From Octopus vulgaris (lineage: Eukaryota): a stretch of 64,000 nt of DNA. Both the position numbers and the translations under genes were made by a program. The notes under the pieces were generated by a model. It was not told where the DNA came from. It did no database searches and saw only the letters and a program-made list of their open reading frames with translations. Of the stretch, positions 29,960-41,943 are shown piece by piece. The stretch lies in NCBI GenBank assembly GCA_951406725.2, contig OX597823.1, positions 110,360,001 to 110,424,000 of the forward strand, written 5' to 3'. How positions within the stretch are numbered: position 1 is the first letter of the stretch; each line of letters opens with the position of its first letter.

Positions 29960-30160
29960 AAACTTATAGAAAAGCAAAAGACGAAGACAGGCGTATGAAC
30001 AACAAGTAGGTGTAATAGTTTGATGCTCGGGAAAATGAAAGAATGAAAAAGTCCTTCATGTTTTGAGCCTATGCTCTTAAACGCAAAGGAATAAGAAGAA
30101 GAAAAAAGCAGAGAGAGAATGGAAGAAACCTGTAGATTTAGTGGTCAAGCATTGTGACTG
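29960..30160 (-). mobile_element. Solo Penelope terminal repeat (pLTR-like) with decayed hammerhead motif
   Basis: The reverse complement matches 57960-58147 (gagcataggctc, cccgagcatcaaacta, cctgtcttcgtcttttg). Confidence 0.7.
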
Positions 30161-30504
30161 ATTAGAAAAGCAGGTGAAAGATAAGATTGGAAGAAAGGGA
30201 GATAATAATGTGACGGCAATCCCAACTGAAGGTGCGCCTGCGTATATCTGTATGTGACAATGGTGTGTATGAATGTGCAAGTGTGTGTGTGTGAATAGGG
30301 CCCAGTGACTTTGTCAAGTGTTTGACTACTCTGGATGTGTGCATGTGTAAGTGTGTGTGTTGTGTATGTTTGTGTGTGTGTGTATAAGTGTGTGCGTCCG
30401 TAATGTGTGACTGCTAATTTAGTGGTATGTATTCTGATGTTATTGAAGATTGTGAGTGTGCGTGCGTGGATGACGGTGTGTGATGTGGGGCTGGAAAGTG
30501 GATG

Positions 30505-31355
30505 TCAGCCTCCTTCGCATTTCATCCTACAGGTGCTCTATGGGGTTCAAGTTTGGACTTAGCGCGGGTACAGCAGTCTCTGGATGTTGTGCTGTTGGAG
30601 GAAGTCTGTCATCAACCTGGCAGGGTTGTTCTCGTGTTGGAACACGTAATATCGATGATGGGCAAAGTATGACAAAATGTTAGGCTTCAACACTACTCTA
30701 CTTCCCCGGCCTTGGCTGATGTTTTGGAAGTCCACCGATTCAAGTTTCTTGTTCAGTGCAATCCCGCCCCATACCATGATGCTCTGTCCTCCCCATGAGT
30801 CTCTCTCCACCACACAGTCATCGGCATGACGTTCACCCTTTCTTCTCCAAACCCTAGCTCTACCAGCTGCCACAGAAATTCAATATCGACTTCCGTCAGA
30901 AAAGACTACAGTCTTCCACCGCTGATATCGCCAGTTCTGACGTTCTTGAGCCCACTGCAATGTGCCCGTCGATGACGATCTATGAGGATGGGCCCCTAGC
31001 CGGAAGTCGACAAGAAAAATTGAAAGATGTCAGGCGGCAGCAAACTGTCTCTGCACAAATGGCTCTGTGGTGAGTCCCTGTGGTCTGCCTAGTTGATTCC
31101 GTTGCCATCCGGAATCAATCCTGCAAGTGCTGTCGGTGTAGGCGGCGATTTTGATATGCCGCTGTAACCCTCGGTCGGCTAATGCGTGGACAATCATCCT
31201 TGCTGTTTGTGACATTGTATCGTTCCCTCAGCTGCTCAATTGTCCGAATACTGCCGTTCAAGTCATTAGCAATGACCCACGGACGTTGACCAGCATGGAG
31301 ACGTCCGATGACTTGCTCTCACTTGCTCTCTCTGATTTCATGTCAGTCTTGGCAT
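30505..31355 (-). mobile_element. Tc1-family transposase pseudogene
   Basis: MPRLT*NQREQV-IGRLHAG...PRISRPRVT; RARVWRRKGER...GGQSIMVWGGI; FQHEN; LSPNLNPIEHL. Stops and frameshifts present. Confidence 0.88.
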
Positions 31356-31380
31356 GCTTGCTGCGTTCAGGAAACGAACG

Positions 31381-32090
31381 ATTTCTTTATTACCAACAGG
31401 GCGCCAAACATAGAGGGGACAATAGAAATACACAGTGGGGTCGCGAATGACTATTGCGTTAAAATGACTACATCATAAAAATCTATGACCTAAAACGGAT
31501 GAAAACACAAACAATGGGACAATACAATGGAGTGAGAACCTGGTTCCACTTCGACCCCGCAAGCCCCGGTCCTTCACAGAAGCCTTGCCTTATTTCGATG
31601 GCTTACAATGAAGAGAAGCCACTCATTCTCAACTATCGCGCCACATCCTTCCATCACGTAACAGACACCTCTTCTCCAGTTTTATTTTCCTTTTAAGATA
31701 GAAAATAAAAGAGCTCACTAGAGCGAGACCGGAGATGAAGGTGCCTGTCGCTAATCCTTTCATTCTCGTCTTCCAATCCACCTCTTTTGATATAGCAACC
31801 ACAGCGAGAAAACAAACTTTCTTTCTCGATTAAAGGAAGAAGGGGGAACAATCTTAATGATTGACTCAGAGGACCGTTGTACTCCTCCTAGATATGACAG
31901 CAGCTGTTCGACGTAAACCCGAAGTACCGATATTCTCGGACACTGCACAATCGCGTGCAGAGCGGTTTCGTCGTTCTGCTCAGCGCCGCAGTCCACAAGA
32001 GCCTCCTCCACCTCCGCACCTGTGATAGGCCCTTCACGGCACTCTGCCTCTCATCCCGAGAGACGCAGCAAACCGGAACCATATGAATTT
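31381..32090 (-). mobile_element. Tx1/L1-type LINE 3' fragment (C-terminal Cys/His knuckle plus 3' UTR)
   Basis: C..CG...ETALHAIVQCP.I....YVEQLL resembles the CCHC region of L1/Tx1 ORF2. It ends in aataaagaaat at 31381. Confidence 0.7.
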
Positions 32091-32146
32091 TGAAGCAAGT
32101 TTCTTGCGACACAATCTTATAAAAAAGACAATACATCGGCCAGGAA

Positions 32147-32203
<57 letters not shown>

Positions 32204-32204
32204 A

Positions 32205-32700
32205 AGGAAATAAAAAGTGGAACAACAACGCAAAACATCCGGACAGTTAGCTCATACAAAAAAGGGACAAGAAAAAACAAGGACGGATCATTCAGAGTTT
32301 TCTTTCTTCAGTCGAGTTCCAGATTATCTTTGCAATTTCGGGTGGTTATGCTCGAGATTGCTCCAATCTGGCCAGTCCAAAGGAAAAACTAATCTAAGAG
32401 CACTAGATTTCTTGGAAGAAAGCAGCGAATGTATACGAAGACAAGGAAGGAAAAAGAAACGAAGAAATGGTTCACAAATTCAAATGCAAATAACAAGACA
32501 TTAACAACAGGTGTGTTTCTACTAAGGACGAATTAAATTATGCTGGCGTGTGTGGAAATGAAGCCTCACGGCAGGGATATAAGATATGGCAGGTATGGGG
32601 AGGAATATAGATGTTGCACGGATCGTAGTCGAACCAAGAAAGAAATTTAAGGCTTGACCGGACACCGGTCACGTGGAGAGAGAGGAGAGATATAGAGGCA
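32205..32700. mobile_element. Interspersed repeat, copy 1 (probable PLE terminal repeat family)
   Basis: 32215-32433 is duplicated directly at 33075-33315 (aagggacaagaaaaaacaaggacgg...gagttccagattatc...ctcgagattgctccaatctggcca). Confidence 0.55.
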
Positions 32701-32901
32701 GAGGGATAGAAGAATTAGGAAGAGACGAGAAAAAAGAAAAGGGACAGAGTGAAGTGAAAGCGGAGGAAAGGTATGATTGAAAAGAAAGCCAAGAAATGTG
32801 AGTGAGGGGGAATGAAAGAAAGATGAGTGGAAAGAACGAAGTAAGTGTGAAGGGACTGATAGAAAGAAAGAAAGAATGAAAGAATAAGAGAGTCGTACAA
32901 A

Positions 32902-32946
<45 letters not shown>

Positions 32947-32970
32947 TATATATATATATATATTTATATA

Positions 32971-33011
<41 letters not shown>

Positions 33012-33039
33012 TTACATATAAGTGGTCGAAGCGTACATA

Positions 33040-33315
33040 TGTTGCCATATGTATATTAAAAGGAATACAAAAATGGGACAAGAATGCAAAACATTCGGAC
33101 AAATGGTACAAAAAAGGGACAACAAAACATGTAGACAGATGATACAAAAAAGGGACAAGAAAAACAAGGACGGCTCATTCGGAGTTTTCTTTGCTCAGTT
33201 GAGTTCCAGATTATCTTCGCAATTTCAGCTGGTTATGCTCGAGATTGCTCCAATCTGGCCATCTCCAAGGAAAAACTAAGAGCACTAGATTCCTTGTAAG
33301 AAAGCAACGAATGTA
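33040..33315. mobile_element. Interspersed repeat, copy 2
   Basis: Direct homology to 32215-32433. Confidence 0.6.
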
Positions 33316-33584
33316 TGTATGTATGTGTGTGTGTATGTATGTATGTGTGTGTTTATGTATGTGTGTTTGTGTGTTTATTAAAACACTCTTGAGTGATTCA
33401 TGTGAATAGCAAAATTTGTATTCAACATTTTTGGTTCCTTTCTTCAGTAGCTTACTCTTATTGCGTTCTTAAATTGGAAGATCTTTCGAAATTCTTTATA
33501 CTTATCAACTTTATACTTTTAACTTTGCCTTTCTTTTCATCAGAAACAACACGAGGGCTACTATATGTTAAGTTAAATAAAAGT

Positions 33585-33790
33585 AGCAAGCTGTCAGAGT
33601 CCTTAGTCAGCTGAGGAAAAAGCTTAGCAACAAAATTTTCCGGTTTTACGATTTAAGTTTAAATTCCAACAAAATCGATTTTGCTTTTGATCCTATCGAG
33701 TTCACTAAAATAAGTACCAGCTGAATACTGCGGTCGATGTAATCAACTAACTTCCTCCCCAACATTTCAGATAGTACCTATTGTAAAAAA
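33585..33790 (+). mobile_element. SINE family C, degenerate
   Basis: aagctgtcagagtccttag...aaattcc...gattttgcttttgatcct...aataagtaccagctgaatactgcggtcgatgtaatc. Confidence 0.65.
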
Positions 33791-34543
33791 AAAAAAAGGG
33801 AAGATAAGTCAGCTTAACTATATTTTCCTTTTCTTTTTAGTCTGGCCGAAGTGAGAAAATAGCTTTTCGAAATTATTGATAATCTAGTGATTAATAATGT
33901 ATACATCCATATAAGGATTGTCTGAAATATCTCTGGTTTTTCAAAGTGCAGGACTCTAACTAGTTTAGAAAAGATTTATATTGAATCTTCAGTTGAAGAA
34001 ACTAAAATCTGCCATTGTAATATAATCTGTTTCAAGGATCAAACAATGTGAATTATTAAAATGTTGAAATCTTTGTAAATAAGTTCCTTAACCATTTCAT
34101 CACAATACACTAATATTCCAAATTATTTAAACAGCAAAATTATGACGTTATCTGAAACTGCCTGACTAAACGAAGACGGCAGGTACTCCAAGTCACACAA
34201 TAGTCGTTGAAAATCACTTAACAGACACAATAATCTAGACCCAATTCTGTGAACATTTATCAGGATATTCACACGAAGAGGTAATAAGGGTACTTATTGA
34301 ACTGACAAAATGAAAAGATGGCTCTTGCACACTTTATACAGAGCTTTCCCGTCAAACAATTTGCAGCATCAGTCTCAGATGACGCACATCTGCACAAGTC
34401 ATACATAAACAATTGTGAGACCGGTTTCGAAACCAGGGTTTAAATCATAATTCAACCTACAGTTCTATATTTAAGAGATGAGGAATTATGTACATTATTT
34501 ACATTATTTACATTTGACGGATATTTGTCCTCATTTTGCTGTT

Positions 34544-34589
34544 AACACAACGTTTCTACTGATATACCCTCCAGCCTTCATCAGGTGTC
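34544..34589 (-). ncRNA. Minimal type I hammerhead ribozyme motif (stem II partly mutated)
   Basis: gacac-CTGATGA-a-ggctg..cagta-GAAAC-GTT-gtgtt. Confidence 0.65.
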
Positions 34590-34647
34590 CTGAGGAAATT
34601 TCGAACTTGGGTTCTCATTCCTAAGGCATTTTTCGATGTTGTTGTTG

Positions 34648-34707
<60 letters not shown>

Positions 34708-34955
34708 GGAATCGGAATTATTATTCGGAATCTTGGGGTTAGTAGCCCGCGTTCTTAATCACTATGCCACGGCATATTGCGTAGTGATTAAGAGCGCGTG
34801 CTACTAACCCCAAGATGCCGAGTTCGATTCCAGGCAGTGACCTGAATAATAAAATTAAAAATACTACTACTAATAATAATAATAACAACAACAACGAAAA
34901 CAACAACATTGAAAAGTACCTTAGAAATGAGAACCCAGTTTCGAAATTTCTCCAA

Positions 34956-35001
34956 GACACCTGATGAAGGCTGGAGGGTATATCAACCGAAAAAATGTGT
35001 T
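34956..35001 (+). ncRNA. Minimal hammerhead motif (stem III mutated)
   Basis: gacac-CTGATGA-a-ggctg..caacc-GAAAaaat-gtgtt. Confidence 0.55.
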
Positions 35002-35975
35002 AACAACAAAGAAGATGAAGACAAATATCCGTCAAATGTAAATAATGTATAATTCAACCTTTATACATAGGGTAAAAATAATCATTATCAAACCACAAAT
35101 GGCATTATCACAACATTATTAACTTCACTACTACTCTATATTTCTATTCGGCAATAAATAACCACTTTGCATTAAAATCTGAGGCTCCTGTAAATATAGA
35201 TTTACTTCATGCTCACCAAATGAACCGATGCTTTAAATACAAGATCAGAACTAATCTCTAAATACCGCGATGAAAGAAAGTACATTCTCTCAATCTTTAT
35301 CAGAAACATTCACCTTACACTAAGCAAATGCTACCATCCAAACGACCAATGTACATGTGCCAGTATATGAGTGTACATACATGTGAATGTATCTATATGT
35401 ATATATGCGTGTGTATACACATACACACACATGCATGTGTGTATGTTTCATGTGAAGTAATGCACAATAAACTTTCTAGTTTAATCTGAGTGTGAAAGTA
35501 TTTTTATACATGAAAATGTACGTAGACTTATGTTTGTGCCAACAGTAAAAAAGTGATCAGAAATTTATAAAGTTACTTCCCTTAGATTCTTTCCAATGAT
35601 AAATGTATGTGTTTGCTATACGTCAATTTATGATATTATACAAAGTGAATATATATGTATGAAATATTTATATATCTAATTATTTGCATATGACTCTGTG
35701 TGTATATCCACATATATGTGTGTTTCTATGCAAGCTTGTCTCTACTTGTAAACACGCAAACAGTCGGATATCAGTAGATATCTTGCCCATACGCAAGTCA
35801 AAGCAAAGGCAACTACATAACAACTATGACGGACTAGCTGCTCAATCAGCCAGTGTACTTGAGAATATCAAGCCACGTGAAACTCCGAGTATTGGATTGG
35901 AACAGACTTGTTCTATAATAGAACAAACACCCACATGTACGCGTATGTATGTATGCATGTATGTATGTATGTATG

Positions 35976-36009
<34 letters not shown>

Positions 36010-36027
36010 TGTATGTATGTGTGTATC

Positions 36028-36077
<50 letters not shown>

Positions 36078-36241
36078 CTACATACACGCATATACGTATG
36101 TATATGCATATGAATATGAGTGTGTGTGCCTGTATGCTTGCACATATATATGTATAAACGCTCAGGCGAATAAACTTATTCATGAATATGTGTGTATATG
36201 TATGTATGCATTTATACATATATATGTGTACATATATACAA

Positions 36242-36287
<46 letters not shown>

Positions 36288-36650
36288 GAATATATATGAA
36301 TATATATTTATACAGTTTTGATTGAATATAAATATCTTATTTACCAATCTTAGAATCGGTCTAATTGAAGAAAATCAATGTAGATTTCTTCATTGAGATT
36401 GAAACATCTATGGGCAATTTCCTCTCTTAGATTCCGAGTGAAATGTTCTTGGACAATGGCACATATTGTTACCATCGCAGATGAAATGGCGTTATTGTCA
36501 AGTTGGTCCCAGGAGATAAAACGTGGTTGAATTCCATAGGTCAACTGGAAGTTTAACCTCTCAAAAGATGAAAAAAATATCGAATATTGGCCAGTCCATA
36601 CATAACACGCGCACGTACACTAGTTTATGTACACACACACACACACACAC

Positions 36651-36698
<48 letters not shown>

Positions 36699-36741
36699 AT
36701 ATATCTGTATGCAAGCATGTATGTATATATGTGTATGTGCG

Positions 36742-36797
<56 letters not shown>

Positions 36798-36981
36798 TGA
36801 GTACGTGTATGTGTATGTGCTTAATTAAATGTTTATATGTAGATATTGATTTGTAATTTGTCTGTCTGTAAAACAAACATACACACTTACACATACATAC
36901 ATGCATGCATATGTGTGCATATATATATACACATATGTATGTATATATACATATACATTTACACACAAGCGCGCACTCACG

Positions 36982-37012
<31 letters not shown>

Positions 37013-37069
37013 AAACACACATATATATATATATATGTATTTATTCATACATAAAATACAGGCATGGCA

Positions 37070-37400
37070 TAGGTGTATGTTGGGCGAGTTTCTTCTATAG
37101 CTAATTTCTTCCGGGCCGACCAATGTTTTGTGAGTCGCATTTAGAAGCCAGAAACTACACTGAAGCCTGTGGTGCACAGAATCATACACATACCCACCCA
37201 CGCACACACATACCTTACACACGCATATACTTGTATCGCTGCTTAGCCTTATATTTGTATTCAACAACCGTTGTTGATTTGTTTGAGTCTCTGTTACAGG
37301 GCTTCGGCAGAAATTACGAGCCGTAAAAGTAAGCCGGTTTCTTCCATTAAATTCCTCAATGCGGTTCTTTGGCATGCCTATAATCCAGTGACTGGCGGTT
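37070..37400 (+). mobile_element. Old degenerate SINE A relative
   Basis: ttgggcgagtttcttctatagc...gggccgaccaatgttttgtgagt...gaaact..gaagcc, and caaccgttgttgatttgttt. Confidence 0.55.
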
Positions 37401-37667
37401 TTGTTACGAATTCGAGTGCGTGGACGTGCTGTGTGTTTGTGGGTGTACACAAACACGCATACTATATGTACGCCCACACACACACACACACGCTCCAAAG
37501 GTTAAACATATATGTATGTGTGTGTGTGTGTGTGTCTGTGTGTGTGTGTGTGTGTGTGTCTGTGTGTGTGTGTGTGTGTGTGTATGTATGCAGGGTAGGG
37601 CAGTGAGGACGGGCGTTTTTGAAAAATTCACAAAATCTTTAATTTTAGCTGCAAAGAATTTTATTGA

Positions 37668-37902
37668 TATTTCGTTTTTGAATTGGGTTTGCAGGATTAT
37701 TTATATGAGTTCATGTGTTGAAGCATATTCTGTTGTGTCTGGGGAGAGTTATTTTCTTTTTGTGCCTTATAATATAACACATTCACCGGTAAAATTTCCC
37801 CCTTTTTTAGGAAAATAAAAATAAGAAAAAAGTGGAAATTTTACCGGTGAGTGTGTTATATTATAAGGCACAAAAAGTAAATGACTCTCCCCAGACACGA
37901 CA
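37668..37902. mobile_element. Asymmetric fold-back insertion with ~75-bp inverted arms
   Basis: 37728-37808 is the reverse complement of 37826-37902 with few mismatches. It is flanked by the direct repeat aatttt(t)attga. Confidence 0.75.
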
Positions 37903-37979
37903 AATTTTTATTGACATTAATGTTTTCGTATTGAATTAGCATTTGTGGAAATCAGTTGTTGAAAAGAGATGATGATTCT

Positions 37980-39746
37980 AAGACAACCACAGTCAAAGAA
38001 ACAGCCGACCTGCTGAACACTTTCTTTCGGAGTGTCTTCACTGTATAGAAGGAAGGCGATCTACCAGACATACCAGAGTACACGTATGACACAGAGCCGA
38101 CCAACTCATACATTTCTGTGGAAAATGTTCACTAGCAGCTGACAAGCCTGAAGATTACCAAGGCCCCAGGTCCGGATTGAATCAGCCTACGCATACTTTC
38201 CAAGCTATCGGATGTGCTCGCTCTGTCAATCCCACTTGCGTACAGAAAATCAATGGAGACAAGCAAAATCCCAGTCGACTGGAGAAGTGCTAACGTCACC
38301 CCCGTATTCAAGAAAGGGAGCCGTTTTGCGGTCAACAACTAAAAGGCCAGTAGGCTTGACCTGCGTACTGTGTAAGGTGGTGGAGATGTTTGTTCGTGAG
38401 CACATCATTGAACAACTGCGGCGAAACGACCTCATCAACCAAGGTTCACAAGGGTTCACAAGGGGGAGATCATGTGTGACGCAACCGCTTGACGTTCTTG
38501 ACATCTGGACGGAGGCCTTGGCTGCAGGGGGAGGAGTCGATGCAATCTACATGGTTGGCTTGTAGCCAAAGTAGAAGCTCACGGTATCAAGGGAAATGTC
38601 CTTCAGTGGATCCGGGACTTCTTGAGCCACCGGTCACAACGAGTCTGTGTCAACGGCGTGAAGTCAGAGAGAGAAGAGGTAACAAGTGGCATTCAACAAG
38701 GCAGTGTCATTGGCCCAGTACAGTTTCCCATGTATATAATCGATCTACTTCGGCATATCCAGAGCCACAGCAGGTTATTTGCTGACGGCACAAAGATCTT
38801 CGCAAGGAATGATGTTCATGTGACCATGGCAACGCTGCAAGACGACCTGGATCGCCTTCACAAGTGGTCGACGAACTGGCAAATACGATTCCATCCCGAG
38901 AAGTGTTCCCTCTTAAGAGTTGGGAACCCGAAGACGGACAGGAAATACTATATATGAGAGGTCAGGATGCACAGGGGGAACTGACTATGGTGGAGCTAGC
39001 AAAAAGTGAACTGGAGGGGGATCTTGCCGTCTTGATCGACAAAGGACTGACCTTCAGGAACCACATAAACCAAGTAAATCGAATCCTTGGAGTCATCCGA
39101 TGATCATTTGATTTCATCACTCCTGTTGTCTTCGTTCAGCTGTACAACTCTCTAGTTCGTCCGATTCTTGAATATGGACACACAGTTTGGCAACCCCGGC
39201 ATAAAGCAATGCGCTGCGAGTTGGATGATGTTCAGAAGCGTGCCACCAAGCTCATTGCATCTTTGAAAGAAAAGCCATACCTAAACCACTTGGCTGCACT
39301 AAACCTGCCTAGTATCGAACATCACCATCTCAGTGGGGATATGATCAACATGTATAAGTATAGGCACGGCCTGTGCCTAACCAACCGCCCTCGCCCTCAA
39401 TTCAATTACTTCCAAGGCACAAGTACGAGAGGACACAGCCTGAAATTGGAAAGATCCCATTGCCGGCTCAACAATAGAAGCTACTTTTTTTCGTACAGCG
39501 TGTGACCGCCACCTGGAACAGTCTACCAAACAGTCTGGTCGCAGCTCCATCAGCCAATGCCTTCAAGAACAGGCTTGACGCTCACTGAGGGGAGCTTCCT
39601 GCAAAATTTGACCCTGTCTGTTACTATTAGCTACAACTGTCCAAGTGTTGTACCACACATGACAAATTAGTTGTACTAGTGGAAAAGGACCTGTGAACAA
39701 GCTGCTAGGAGCTTCAACACGGAAACCATTCAGCATCCAGTAAGTG
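37980..39746 (+). mobile_element. CR1 LINE, 5'-truncated ORF2 reverse transcriptase pseudogene
   Basis: ADLLNTFFRSVFT, KAPGPD, WRSANVTPVFKKG, RPVGLTCVLCKVVE, QGFTRGRSC, SGIQQGSVIGP, LFADGTKIF, LYNSLVRPILEY, TRGHSLKL, FKNRLD. Frameshifted, and the RT motif A region is partly deleted. Confidence 0.93.
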
Positions 39747-40250
39747 TGAACAGCGACATCCATCATGTGATGTCCGTTTTCATTCATGCATTACTGAAGG
39801 CATTCTTGGTAGTTGGCCTCCACCCTCTCCAGCATTGCTCTGTGCATAATTCCAAGTTTCCAACTGTTGCCCAATGATCAATTTTTACGGGTGGAAACGC
39901 AGGTCTATATGCAAAATACGCCTTACTGATCGATTACCAATGCCAAGTTCAGTGGTATGCCTCCGAGCAGAGCGATTTGGATTCCATATCAAAGCTTGTC
40001 TGACGCGTTCCACAGTTTCCGGAGTCCGTACCGTTCGTGGCGCCGCCACTGGTCTCCTATTCATTAGTGTACCTCGTGTACGATGTGCATTCACCCAACG
40101 TAAGATTGTGTTACGGGTGGGAACAGCCTGATTTCAGTAAATATTGAAGTGGCGCCGAGACTCGCGCTGAACTGTTTTGACAAACTCATTATTCTTCACG
40201 CAACTGTCGTAGGCAAACACGCGATGCTCTATCGTCCACAGCACCATGGC
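39747..40250 (-). mobile_element. Tc1/mariner-superfamily transposase remnant with internal deletion
   Basis: MVLWTIEHRVFAYDS...VPTRNTILRWV...PRTVRTPETVERVRQA...PNRSARRH...SVRRILH.DLRFHP is joined directly to the C-terminal C.NENGHH motif. The catalytic domain is absent. A possible distal TIR (cagggtagggcag) lies at 37591. Confidence 0.82.
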
Positions 40251-40569
40251 TTCTCCGGTTTCAAAAGTTAAACAAAAGCACAATAAAAAGCGAACGGGAG
40301 ATTCATATGCAAGTCATGGTCAAGCGCTTTCTTCGTCTGTTATCGTCCAAAAACTCATAACTTCACGCTTGGCGTTACGTTAAATGATTAGTTTCAAAAC
40401 GTAAACAGTAGCACGATAAGAAATGCACAGAAAATTCACAGCGTTTGTCTTCCAGGAATTTCATCATGTTAAACCGTTAACCTCTACACATTTTCCCTTT
40501 TCCACCTCTCTCTCTCTCTTTCTTTCTGTCTGTCCCTCTCACTCTCTCTCTCTCTCTCTCTCTTTCCAT

Positions 40570-40887
40570 TCTTTTACTGTCATTCCTCTCTGTCGAAGAG
40601 CTTAGGCTCGAAACGTCTAAGACTTTTCCATTCTTCCTGAGCGTCAAACTGATACACCACCTTGTTATTCCCTTGTCTGTCTTTGTCCTTTGTTTTCTAT
40701 ACATGTGAACCACACACTCACACACATACACATACATATATAGTTAAACCTTATAAAAAAACAAAATACGAAGACCGGTGTATAAACAACAAGCAGGTGG
40801 ATTAGTTTGACGCTCAAGAAGGTGATAAAGTCTTTTACGCTTCGAGCCTACGCTCTTCAACAGAAAGGAACACGATGAACAAAGAGA

Positions 40888-40890
<3 letters not shown>
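40570..40890. mobile_element. Inverted pair of Penelope terminal repeats, each with a hammerhead-like motif
   Basis: 40570-40700 (+) and 40750-40890 (-) both match 57960-58147. Confidence 0.75.
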
Positions 40891-40937
<47 letters not shown>

Positions 40938-41099
40938 AAGTAGATAAATGAATTATCTTATTACGGATAATTCAAATGATAACCGATACTTGGGTAGCAA
41001 AAATCACAACAGAAAGAGCACGGTTGAAGTTACGACCATGGGGCATAAAATCCGTGCCTTAGTGCGGAAATTTGAAGTTTTATATATTAAGTATAGTAA

Positions 41100-41166
<67 letters not shown>

Positions 41167-41730
41167 TATTATATATATATATGCATATACTATATATATA
41201 TATATATGTTGACTGTCATGTTCAGTTAACACCTTTATTTGCGTTTGAGCCTGTCAGAGTATTTTACCCGAGAATTCATTTAGTGCAATCGCACCAAACC
41301 TCCAATATTCTTAAGTGAACTTCGTAGCTACACAACGCTCATAGACATTTGTAATCAATAAGATTACATCAATCTGGTACATGATCAAAATATTATCTTC
41401 CTCGTGAAGCGTAAAAAAACATGTCTGCTTTGCTTGGCCGAGAATTATAGCACTTCAGGCAAATCTTAAAATTACTTCACAAGAAATGTTGTTGAAATTC
41501 ATAGAGGAACCTAGAATTTTTTCAACGTCGTATTCTGAATTTGAGTCGAATAGTTTCTCAAGTGTAGTGAGACTTGACATATTTAAAACCATATTGGAAA
41601 TACTAAACTTTCTTTATTCTTTTTCACTGGACAATCGTAAATGGGTAAAAATTCTCTGCCAGTTTAAAATACTGCTTCTTTGCAATGAATACAACGGATT
41701 ATTGCTAATGTGAAACCTTTGCTTTCAATA

Positions 41731-41889
41731 AGTGGCTGTGTGGCAAGTAGCTTGTTTACCAACCACATGGTTCCGGGTTCAGTCCCACTGCGTGGCACCT
41801 TGGGCAAGTGTCTTCTACTATAGCCTCGGGCCAACTAAAGCCTTGTGAGTGGATTTCGTTGACGGAAACTGAAAGAAGCCTGTCGTATA

Positions 41890-41943
<54 letters not shown>

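Larger units (their letters stand above)
34459..35048. mobile_element. Palindromic element: two head-to-head tRNA-headed units, each with (AAT/AAC)n and a hammerhead-bearing tail
   Basis: The arms are reverse complements about a centre near 34770. tRNA-like head with B box gagttcgattcc. ctgatga...gaaa motifs in both arms. Direct repeat ataattcaacct at 34447-34458 and 35049-35060. Confidence 0.85.
33860..35290 (+). mobile_element. Degraded Penelope element GIY-YIG endonuclease region, interrupted at 34459-35048
   Basis: Peptides SYINNCETGFETR-NHNST|FIHR, continuous across the insertion, and LNTRSELISKYRDERKY (compare the Penelope C-terminal LN.RSEL.SKCRH motif). Confidence 0.65.

Noticed and set aside
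34770-34845. Possible functional tRNA gene
   Set aside because: The acceptor stem does not pair and the sequence is part of a repeated palindromic element, so it is treated as a SINE-type head.
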